DNA of 64,000 nt from Candidatus Omnitrophota bacterium (GTDB lineage: Bacteria > Omnitrophota > Omnitrophia > Omnitrophales > Aquincolibacteriaceae), in the NCBI GenBank assembly GCA_043803685.1, contig JAZDJU010000031.1, positions 103,970 through 167,969 of the forward strand, in the 5' to 3' direction. Made by a program: the position numbers and the translations under genes. How positions within the stretch are numbered: the stretch's first letter is position 1; every line of letters starts with the position of its first letter. Shown here in pieces: positions 9,286 through 19,500 of this stretch. The notes beneath the pieces are model-generated. The model ran no database searches, had not been told where the DNA came from, and saw only the letters and a program-made list of their open reading frames with translations.

Positions 9286-11049
9286 TTAAAGATTGAATTG
9301 CAGATCGTAAAGCTTCTTGTACATCCCGCCCAAGCGCAAAAGGAACTCGTTCGTCCCCTGCTGGACGATCTGTCCTTTGTCCATGACAAGAATGCGGTCG
9401 GCCTTTTGGATGGTGGAAAGACGGTGCGCGATCACGAACACCGTGCGATCCTTCATGAGATTCTCCAAAGCGCTCTGAACTTCTTTCTCGCTTTGCGTAT
9501 CAAGATGCGAGGTCGCCTCGTCGAGGATCAGGATCGGCGGATCCTTGAGGAGCGCCCGTGCGATCGCGATGCGCTGACGCTCGCCGCCGGATAGTTTGAG
9601 CCCCCTGTCCCCTAGCGGCGTGTCGTAGCCTAGTGGAAGCGCTTCGATAAAATGATCGGCGTAGGCGATCTCGGCCGCCCGCTTCACATCTTCGATGCTC
9701 GCGTCCGGACGCCCGTAAGCGATATTCTCGCGGATCGTGCAATTAAAAAGCACCGTTTCCTGCGACACGATTCCGATCATGCCACGCAAAGAATGAAGCG
9801 TCAGGTCCCGGACATCCCTGCCGTTGATCTTGATCACACCCTGGACAGGATCATAGAAGCGAAGGAGCAGGTTCACGAGTGTGGTCTTGCCGGAACCGCT
9901 CGCTCCCACGAACGCGACCACTTCATTGTGCTTGGCTTTAAGCTCGATGTCCTTGAGCACCCACTTCTCCGGCTCATAGCAGAAACTCACATGCTCGTAA
10001 CTGACCTCGCGGACCGGCTCTGAAAAAACAAGGGCTCCGGGCTTGTTGTGTATCGTGGGCTTCGCGTCCAGTACCTCAAAAATGCGCTGTCCCGAAGCGA
10101 TCGATTGCTGGATCGTACTGTTCACCTTGCTGATCTTTTTGAGAGGCTCGTAACAAACATAGAGCGAAATAAAAAAAGCCGCGAACCGTTCCGGCGACAG
10201 GTATTGCATCCCGTACCACACCGCGAACGCGGCCCCGATCGATCCGATCACTTCGATCAACGGACGCTGGATGATCGTGACCTTGATGGTCTTTCTGAAA
10301 AATTTAAAAACGCTGTCATTGATCTCCTCGAAACGACGGATCTCCCGCTCCTCGCTCGTAAAGGCCTTCACAATGTGAGCCCCGGCGAGGGTTTCGCCGA
10401 TAAAAGACGTAATGTCCCCCGTGCGCTCCTGCATTTTTTTCGTCAGTTTGCGAAGCTGCTTGCCCAAAAGCACGATGGGGATCGCCACGAGCGGAAAGAT
10501 CAGGATCGCGATGAGCGCGTATTTCCCGCCCCACATAAAGATGAAGGGAATGTTGAAGAGAATGACGAGCGGTTGCTTGACGAGGTCCGTGATCACGTCC
10601 GTGATCGCGCCCTGGATCTGGCCGACATCGTTCGTAATACGGGAGAGGAAATCCCCGGTGCGGCCTTTGGCATAAAAATCATGCGAGAGATAGACGAGGT
10701 GGCGGTAGAGGTCGTCCCGGACTTTGCGAACGGCCAGGATCCCCACATTGGCCATGTGATAGTTCGACACGTAATCAAAAAAACCGCGCAAAAGGAACAC
10801 GCTCACCAGGATCACCGGGATCCAGATCATGGGGACAGCCACAGAGGTCAACTGGGGGAAATATTTTGAAAGGTAAGGGATATTGTCGACGACGACCTGG
10901 CTCTTCTGAAAGAACCCTTTCGTGATCACATAGAGCGCCACCGAGACCAGCGCGTTCGCCATCGAAAAGGCCAGCATGCACGCGAAGGCAATGGCCAGAC
11001 GCCAGCGGTACGGCTTCACATAAGTCAGCAGTCTTTTATAAATGTCCAT
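9286..11049 (-). CDS. msbA: MsbA-like ABC transporter (permease plus ATPase)
   Basis: TM domain, GASGSGKT Walker A, LSGGERQR, ILILDEATS; next to lpxB; start at MDIYKRLL. Confidence 0.85.
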   Translation of the reverse strand: MDIYKRLLTYVKPYRWRLAIAFACMLAFSMANALVSVALYVITKGFFQKSQVVVDNIPYLSKYFPQLTSVAVPMIWIPVILVSVFLLRGFFDYVSNYHMANVGILAVRKVRDDLYRHLVYLSHDFYAKGRTGDFLSRITNDVGQIQGAITDVITDLVKQPLVILFNIPFIFMWGGKYALIAILIFPLVAIPIVLLGKQLRKLTKKMQERTGDITSFIGETLAGAHIVKAFTSEEREIRRFEEINDSVFKFFRKTIKVTIIQRPLIEVIGSIGAAFAVWYGMQYLSPERFAAFFISLYVCYEPLKKISKVNSTIQQSIASGQRIFEVLDAKPTIHNKPGALVFSEPVREVSYEHVSFCYEPEKWVLKDIELKAKHNEVVAFVGASGSGKTTLVNLLLRFYDPVQGVIKINGRDVRDLTLHSLRGMIGIVSQETVLFNCTIRENIAYGRPDASIEDVKRAAEIAYADHFIEALPLGYDTPLGDRGLKLSGGERQRIAIARALLKDPPILILDEATSHLDTQSEKEVQSALENLMKDRTVFVIAHRLSTIQKADRILVMDKGQIVQQGTNEFLLRLGGMYKKLYDLQFNL

Positions 11050-11238
11050 AATCCTCCCGGATCGGGGAATGGGAAACGGGTCACGGGGAACGATGACGTT
11101 CAACGTTGGCCGCTGCACGGCTCCCTGTGAAACAAGGGAGCACACTGTAACATATTCGTTGACACTCCTCAAGGTTATGATTTAAGCTTCCCGATCGCTA
11201 TTTTTTCCTGATAACTCATGAAATACAAAGGAGTTAGG

Positions 11239-12204
11239 ATGCCAACACCTCTAAAGGTCGGCGTGGTCGGCGTAGGACATCTCGGTAAGGAGCACGCCCG
11301 GATCTATCGCGATCTCCCCGAGGCCGAACTCGTCGGGATCTCGGACATGGACCCCGCCAAAGAGGACAAGGCCAAGGAACTCGGGACCGTCTATTACAAA
11401 GACTTCCGGGACCTTCTGGGCAAAGTCGAGGCCGTGAGCATCGCGACCCCGACCTCCACCCATTACGCGGTCGCCAAGGAATTTCTCAAAGCTGGCATTC
11501 ACACCTTGATCGAAAAACCCATTACGCTCAAACTCGACGAGGCCGATGAACTTTTGGAGCTCTCGCGCAAAAATAATTGCGCCCTGCAAGTCGGACATAT
11601 CGAACGTCATAATCCCGGATTCAGACGCATCGAGGAGATCGCGAAGAACATCCGCTTCTTCGAGATCCACCGCCTCGGCCCCTTCACCGGCCGCATCAAT
11701 GACTGCGGCGTGGTGCTTGATCTCATGATCCACGACCTCGACATCGTGCTCGGGCTCATGAAATCCGAAGTTGTGAGTTTCGACGCCGTCGGCGTGAACG
11801 TGCTCACCCCGTTCGAGGACATCGCGAACGTCCGTATGAAATTCAAGAACGGCGCCGTGGCCGACATCACGGCTTCGCGTCTCACCTTCGAAAAACAGCG
11901 CAAGATCCGCATCTTCCAGGAAGACGCTTATATCTCGCTCGATTACGGCGCGCAAAGCTGCAAGATCTTCCGCAAGAACGGCACGGAGATCGCCCAGGAG
12001 ATCGTGGACATCGAAAAAGCGGAACCCCTGAAAGAAGAGCTGAAATTCTTTATCTCGAATATCCAGACCGGAAAAAGTCCGGGGCATCCCGACACCGCGG
12101 CCCGTGACGCGCTGAAGCTCGCGCTCGAGATCGCGCACAGGGTCCAGACAGAACACCCCAAGCCGAGTGTGCCCCTCCAGGATCCTGTCGCCAAGAAACA
12201 ATGA
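11239..12204 (+). CDS. Gfo/Idh/MocA oxidoreductase, GnnA-like
   Basis: GVGHLGKEH, EKP, VGHIER, DLMIHDLD; directly upstream of lpxB. Confidence 0.85.
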   Translation: MPTPLKVGVVGVGHLGKEHARIYRDLPEAELVGISDMDPAKEDKAKELGTVYYKDFRDLLGKVEAVSIATPTSTHYAVAKEFLKAGIHTLIEKPITLKLDEADELLELSRKNNCALQVGHIERHNPGFRRIEEIAKNIRFFEIHRLGPFTGRINDCGVVLDLMIHDLDIVLGLMKSEVVSFDAVGVNVLTPFEDIANVRMKFKNGAVADITASRLTFEKQRKIRIFQEDAYISLDYGAQSCKIFRKNGTEIAQEIVDIEKAEPLKEELKFFISNIQTGKSPGHPDTAARDALKLALEIAHRVQTEHPKPSVPLQDPVAKKQ

Positions 12205-12232
12205 CCTCACAAAAAGCCACACACCACGGTAA

Positions 12233-12301
12233 GTGTCATGGTATCAAGGTGTCAAAGTATCAAATCTTTGACACGTTGACACTTTTGACACTATTGACAC
12301 G
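12233..12301. repeat. Octamer mirror-repeat hairpin, third copy
   Basis: gtgtcatg gtatcaag gtgtcaaa gtatcaaa ... ttgacacg ttgacactt ttgacacta ttgacac. Confidence 0.85.
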
Positions 12302-12310
12302 ATAAAAATT

Positions 12311-13474
12311 ATGTCTAAAAAAATCTTCCTTGTTGCTTGCGAAGCCTCGGGCGACCTCCACGGCGCTCATCTGATCGACGAGATCCGGGAACTTTCCCCC
12401 GACACGGTTTTTTGCGGCGTGGGTGGCGCCAAGATGCAGGCCACCGGCATGCAGATCTTCAACGACATGACGAAGATCTTGGCCCTGGGTTTGGGCGATG
12501 TCCTCCGGAATTACTTCAAGTACCTCAAGATCTTTAATGAGACGATCGAGAACATCCGCCGCGAGAAACCTGACGCTGTGGTCGTGATCGATTCCCCGGC
12601 CTTCAATCTCCGGCTCGCGAAAAAGATCTCGGCTCTCGCGCCCGTCCTCTATTACATCTCCCCGCAGCTCTGGGCCTGGGGCAAGCGCCGGATCCACATC
12701 GTGAAAAAACACATCCGCGAAATGCTCGTGATCCTGCCGTTCGAGAAGGATTTCTATGAGAAGGAAGGGGTCGCCGTCAAGTTCGTGGGACATCCCCTGC
12801 TCGATGCGATCCCGGAACTTCCGGCCGCTGCAACCCTTCGCGCCGGGATCGGGATCACTCCGAACCAGAAAGCCATCGGACTTTTCTCGGGCTCGCGGGA
12901 AAAAGAAGTGAAACGCATCCTGCCGATCATGCTCCGGGCGGCTGTTCATCTTCAGAAAGAATTCCCCGAAGCCGTCTTTTTCATTTCAAAATCCTCGAAC
13001 GTGCGCCCTGAAGTTTATGACGCGCTCCTTCAAGGTCAGTCCCTTGTGACGCAATGTCCGGCTGTTCCTTTTTATGAACTGGTCAAAGCGATGGATTTCG
13101 CTTACGTGGCCTCCGGGACCGCGACGCTTGAGACCGCGCTTATCGGGACCCCGTTCTTTCTTCTCTATAAGGCTAGCTGGTCGACCTATTTCCTCGGCAA
13201 GCGCCTCATCAAAGTCCCCTACCTCGGACTCGTGAACCTTCTCGCGGACACCCGCGTGATTCCCGAGTTCATCCAGCAGGACGCCCACCCCGAAACACTC
13301 GCCCATGAAGCCAGGGTTTTTCTCCGAAGCCCGGAACTCCAGCAGAAGATGAAAGAGGAGTTCCGTCAGGTGAGGGAAAAACTCGGAGAAAAAGGCGCGA
13401 GCGCGCGAGCCGCCCGGGAAGTGACGGATTTTCTGGAGAATCCAGAAAAAAATCGTCATCCCCGAACGCTCTAA
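12311..13474 (+). CDS. lpxB: Lipid A disaccharide synthase
   Basis: ACEASGDLHG, IDSPAFN, SPQLWAW, FVGHPL, GSREKE, SGTATLE. Confidence 0.95.
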   Translation: MSKKIFLVACEASGDLHGAHLIDEIRELSPDTVFCGVGGAKMQATGMQIFNDMTKILALGLGDVLRNYFKYLKIFNETIENIRREKPDAVVVIDSPAFNLRLAKKISALAPVLYYISPQLWAWGKRRIHIVKKHIREMLVILPFEKDFYEKEGVAVKFVGHPLLDAIPELPAAATLRAGIGITPNQKAIGLFSGSREKEVKRILPIMLRAAVHLQKEFPEAVFFISKSSNVRPEVYDALLQGQSLVTQCPAVPFYELVKAMDFAYVASGTATLETALIGTPFFLLYKASWSTYFLGKRLIKVPYLGLVNLLADTRVIPEFIQQDAHPETLAHEARVFLRSPELQQKMKEEFRQVREKLGEKGASARAAREVTDFLENPEKNRHPRTL

Positions 13475-13527
13475 TCGGGGATCCATCGCTCTGGATTCCG
13501 GCTCGCGCTTCGCTTGGCCGGAATGAC
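13455..13527. repeat. Inverted doublet of GTCAT-type REP-like palindromes
   Basis: GTCATCCCCG..CGGGGATCCA followed by TGGATTCCGGCT..GGCCGGAATGAC. Confidence 0.65.
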
Positions 13528-13585
13528 AAATTCTCCAATCTACAGCCTAAGGTCTGTTGTCTATTCCTTAGTTTCCCCTCAAAAA

Positions 13586-16500
13586 CTAGAAAAGCGAAAA
13601 TCCGTAAAGCTTCATATCGAGAGAGGACGAACCGGTCCCTTCCGTAACGAAAACGATCTCATCCACCAGCGGATATCCCGAAAGAATGAGGTCCGTATTG
13701 ACCGTCTTGACAGCTCCTCCGGTATTTTGCAGGTTCAGATATTGCGTTTTTACAATGATCAAATTACCAAAACTATCTCTCGCTTTATATTCGATCCTCG
13801 CATTGGGCACCGGCGTCAAAGAAGAATAACTGATCTGGAGCTGGCGAACATTGATGGAAAGATCATTAGTGATCGCCGCGACGCCCATGCCTTGAAAATT
13901 GCTGCTCGTAAGATGAAGGGCCCCTGAATCCCAACTCGCAGCGGCATTGCCTCCGTTCAGGGCAAACGTGGCGATCGGCCCTTTCAAGAGATCCGTCCCA
14001 AGGACATGATTGACGGAGAAATTCACGACCGTTCGATTTCCCGCCAGATCAGATTCTTCGATCGTAAGCGTATTCGCGCCTGTCACGAGATCCGTAAAAG
14101 TTTTCTGTTTTAGCGAACCGTCTAGAGTGTAATTCACCGTAATAGAAGACGAGGCGATCATCGCCGGAGTCCCGGGATCCAGTACCACGACGGGAGCAAC
14201 GGTATCCACCGTCACCTGATGGGTCACCGTGGTTGAATTCCCGGCCAGATCCTTCTCCGTAATGGATAACGTATTCGATCCTTCCGGAAGATCTGTAAAA
14301 AGTTTCGTCTTCGAAACTCCATCCACCGTGTAACTCACTGTCAGCGTCTTCGCCTTGATCAGGCCCGGGATCCCAGCATCCAGCACCACCACGGGGGGCG
14401 TGAAATCATTCTTGGGGATCTGTCTCATTTCACCCCCAGTACTGATCACCCCCATCATATCGCCGTAGGCGTACCACAGTTCGACCTCATCCGATCCATT
14501 GAGACTCATCCCGCTCAGGATGTTCCCTTCATAAAGACGAACCACTTCCCTTCCCGGGCGGAGATAATTCATTTCCGTGAACCATTCATTGATTGGACCG
14601 CTACCCGTCATTTTATAATACGCGTGAAACCCAATAGCGAGATTTCCGCCACGCGTGTAAATGAGATGGTATACGGGGGCTACCGGCATGGAAAGCAACT
14701 GCAGATCCGCCACATTCACCTGCGGCGCGTACTGCAGCAATAATGCCTCCAGATCCCCTCCCGTGTACTCCACGCCCACTTCCACTCCCGCAGGCGGCAC
14801 AAAGCGGGCGGCGGGCACGAGCGTCATGCTGGTGATCTTGTCGTTCGGATATCCCTGCGCGTCCGGGAACAGAACCACGGCATCGGTAATGTACCAGTAA
14901 AGATAGCTTTCGGGGATCGTGATCACGTACTCGCCGGGACCGGACTCCGTCGCCGGAAGGTCAAATTGAACACTGTAGGCCGGATCATTGCTCCCCGCGT
15001 GCTTCAGCTCAAGCTTCACGCCCGTGACCGGCGTTGAAGACTGATAGGTGATACGCAATTCGCGGTCGGAGGCCCGGACAGCTTCAGGAAGGTGCCAGGC
15101 GGTCCCTTTGAACCCGTTCCATTCGAAATTACCGCTCGTCCCGCTCGTGAGCGAGACCGGTGTCTGCGGATCCCAGATCGACTCGAGTTTCGATGTCAGC
15201 CCTTTATTTTCGAGATACCGGGTCATGGAAGCTCCTCCGGTCCCGGCCATCCCGAGCGTAAACGAAACCACGTTGTTGAATACCTGCTCTTTGACCACTT
15301 TGCCCGAACTCATGTTGATACCTTCCCAGAGACCGTGGCTTGTAATGAGCTCCGGATGCTCATTGATCAATCGCTGCAATAAGGCTTCGACCCCCTCAGG
15401 ACGGAACATGTACGCCGCCCCCAGGTTGTATGTCGAAGGCGTGGTCTCCGAGACCCCGTTCATGGCGATCTCGTTAATGCCAAGCGAAAAGTTATATTGA
15501 ATGCGGTCCGTATCGATGCTGTAGAACGTGAGGTCAAGCGGCCCGCTACCTTCGGAAGTCACGAAAACCACTTCGCTCAGATCGCCCAATACGCCGCTCT
15601 CGGGCAACTGAAGCGAAAGCGTGCGCACTTCCCCTCCTGTATTTTCCAGCGTCAGGTCCTGCACATACACGGTCGTCAGCACACCATCGATCTTCTGTTT
15701 GAATTCCAGCCTCGCGTTCGGCACCGCCGTCTGAGAAGAATACCGGATCTGCAACGCCGACCCTTCGAGCACGTACTTGCTGTTGTCGGTAAAAGCAACG
15801 CCGATTCCATTCGTGCTTCCGGCCGTCAGGTGAAAACTGCCGTCAGCCCCATAGCTCGGATTCACTACGTCCCCCTGCCAGCTGAATGCACTGACAGAGC
15901 CGCTCAAAAGATCATAAGAACCCACGTCATAGCTCGCCGACAAAAGCCCCGGCTGGTTGTTACGCTGAGCGTAATCGAGTTGCACGTCCGTGTAGGTCTC
16001 GAGCATCGCACGCAGATCCGGATCATCCGCTTCCGGCAACAAGAGCGCCGGCCAGTACATCTGGAAAGCACCGCTGAAAGGCTCAACAACGGTTCGGGTA
16101 CTGCCGTCCTGCATCGCGTAGTCGCTGACCGAGAAATAAAGCTTATTGTAAACACTCGCCGGAAACGCGTCGCCGTACTGCAAGATGAGGAAGAGGAGCG
16201 GACCCATACTTTCCGCTCCAAAAAGATCGACCGTCCCTTCCAGGTGACCATCCGAGATCACCATCGTCCGGGCGAACGTCTGGTTCGCGGCGTTATACAT
16301 GGCCACGTAGCCTGGCCGCTGGTTCTCAATGAAAGCGTCGATCTTGTCCAGAATGCCGCCGGAAGCGTGGACCGTCGCGTTGCCCGAAAGCGACGCGTCC
16401 AGGAGCGCGCCGTAAGCGACCGCAAGTCCCGCCGTCATGTTCGTGTTGTCCTCGAAACTGACCTGGCGGCCGTAAAGATCGTCCATCCTTTCCCAGTCAC

Positions 16501-19500
16501 CGTTGTAATAGCCGAGCCAGGGCAATAATCCCTGGTAGCCCAGCCTCTGTTGATCTTCGAGCAGATGGGTCATCATCACATCAAGCCGGCGGATCGCTTC
16601 CGCTTTTGAGATGGTAGAGGTCACAAGATCTCCCGCGGCGATCGTGGCGAGCAGATTCGCGTAAAACCCGAAGTTGGAGGGCTGAGTGATGCGGCGCTGG
16701 AGCCACCCCTCGAGCGGATATTCATGAGTCGATTCGACAAGGCCAAAATCGGTCTCTAAATAAAGCATGTTGATCTGCGTCAAAAGGTCGGCAGCGGTCG
16801 TGATCTCCCTGGGAATGGCCCGGTAAACAACAGCCCCGCGATCCTGCGCCGGATCTTGCCAAGCAACCTCCCCGTAATGAGCGGCCACAAAAGTTCCCGC
16901 GGTCTGCCAAACGCCTGAGCCATCGTCAAACTGAACCTCGTAACGGACTCCGCGCATCGCCTGATCGATCTTAAGCGACCACTGGTTCGCGGCGCTCGGG
17001 ACCTGCGTGATCACGGGTTCGACGAACCGGATCGCGGGCAGTTCCGGCAGGATCTCAAGCGTATTAAGATCAAAGCGAACGGTACGGATCGAACCGTCAT
17101 CTTCACGGACTGTGTAAGTCGCGATATTGTTCTGATACGTAACCGAAGTGGCAGCTCCATCGAACGTGATGTTCTGGTTTACGAGGAATGTTTTATTGAA
17201 CGTTAGCGAATCAAGACCGAGCGCGAGGACTGTCTGGCCTCCCGGCGCAACAACCGCATCGACCAGTGTAAAAGTCCCGCCCGCCGCACCCGGCGTTTCA
17301 TTCCCGAGACTTACGGTCCGAACGGCAGACGAATAATCGTTCCCTCCATACAAGCTATAGATATGGGCGTAGTACTGGCCCGAGGTCTGGTCATATTCCG
17401 GCTGAACCGCGAGGGACAGCACGTCGTTGCGATAAAACCCGGTTCCGGGAGTCACGAGCGTTAAATAGAAACTCGAAATAAATTCCGGGTTGAACGTGCT
17501 GATGCGGATCCCTGTGGAGGTGCGGATCACCGTGCCGCTGGGATAGGTCCAGTCCGTTTTGAGCATGACGTAATTGCTGTAATAGAGGATCTGCGTCAGA
17601 TCGCCTGCGACAGTCTGGGCCGTCCAGGGCTCACCGATCCGTTCCACGCGCGCCGTCCCTCCGCCTTCGTAGATCACTTTGCTACCATCCGGCGTCACGT
17701 CAAAGGTATCGGGAACGTCTCCGGCGCCGGAATAAAGAAGCGTGATCCCGCCGCTCGGAATATATTTCAGTTCGAGCCGGGAAATATCGCCGTCCTGTAT
17801 CACGCGGAAAGCGAAATTCGCGTTAGAGGTCGCCGGGACCCAAGGCGCCGCGGGAGGAATATCCACGAGGATCGAATCGGTAAAAACCTCTGAGATCAGC
17901 CCCGCCTTGTCCATGAGCTGGCAATGCACTTGCCGCGCACCGTTCCCCTCAGGAAGCGTGAACGACTGCGTTTCGCTGAACGCCGTCCACTCCGACCAGA
18001 TTGTTCCTTGATCGGTGGAAAAACGGACCTGATCGACGCCTGAACCGGCATCGGAACCAGTCAAACTGAAGGTCACTTCCGAAGACGTTGATGTCGAAGC
18101 GCCGTCATTGATCGAAAGCGTACCGACGGGCTTCACCGTATCCAAAAGCACGGTCACAGACGCGGACTCCGACCATTTTCCGGACCTATCCTGGAATTTC
18201 ACATACATTTTTTTGAGACCATCGCTTGCCGAAAAGATGACCGGCATGGAAGTGGCGTATGCCTGAGCCGCAGACCAATTGAGCCCATCCCCAGAAAAAC
18301 TCATCTGGCTCACCCCGGAACCGGCATCCGTTGCTGACAAATCCATCGTGGCAGCACTTTGCGTAATATACTGGGCACCCCCGTTGATCTTGATCGTTCC
18401 GGTGGGCGGCAGCGTGTCCAGAATGATGGACTTCGAATAAACCGCACTGGCGTTCCCGGCCTTGTCGTAATACTTCACAAAAACTTGCTTAGCCCCGTCC
18501 CCGTCCGTCAGAGTGAACGTCTTGGATGTTGCGTAAGCAACGGGCGTTGCCCAGTTCGTTCCATCTATCGAAAAACTCATCTTGCTTATGCCGCTCCGGC
18601 TGTCCGTCCCGGAGAGATTGAGCGTCACCGTCTGCGAAGAGGCATACACGGCACCCGAATTGATATTGAGCGAACCCGTCGGCGCTACCGTGTCCAAAGT
18701 CACGGTCACGGATGTCACCGCGGACCACCTGCCGACCTTGTCCTGGAATTTCACATACACTTTCTTCGCTCCATCGCCGGTCGCAAACGTCCACGCTTTT
18801 TGCGCCGCATAACTCTCCGCCGTAGTCCACGTCGTTCCGTTCGACGAAAAACTCATTTTACTTAGCCCCGAACCCGCGTCGGTTGCGGCAAGGTCCAGCG
18901 TCACGGCGGTCTGATTGATGTAGGTAGTCCCGCCGTTCACCTTGACCGTCCCCGCAGGAGGAAGCGTGTCCAGAATGATGGACTTCGAATAAACGGCGCT
19001 CACGTTCCCGGCTTTGTCGTAGTACTTCACATAAACGGTCTTGTTGCCATCGCCGGAAGGAAGCGTGAATGTTTTTGAAGTCGCGTAGGCCACGGCCGAA
19101 CTCCAGGTCGTGCCATTCGTCGAAAAACTCATCTTAGAGATCCCGCTTCCGGAATCCGCGCCGGAGAGGTTCAAGGTCACGGCCGTGGAAGTGGCGTAAA
19201 GAGCCCCTGAGTTAATATTGACCGCGCCTGTCGGAGGCGTTGTATCCAGAAGGATCGACCTGGAATACACAGCGCTGGCATTTCCGGCCTTGTCGTAATA
19301 CTTCACATAAACTTTTTTAGTCCCATCCCCGTCCGCCAGAGTGAACGACTTGGAAGTCGCGTAAGCGACGGGTGTGGTCCAGTTCGTCCCATCCGTCGAA
19401 AAACTCATCGTGTTTATGCCACTCCGGCTGTCCGTCCCGGTAAGATTCAACGTCACCGTCTGCACCGCGGTATAAAGCGCTCCCGAATTGATATTGATCG

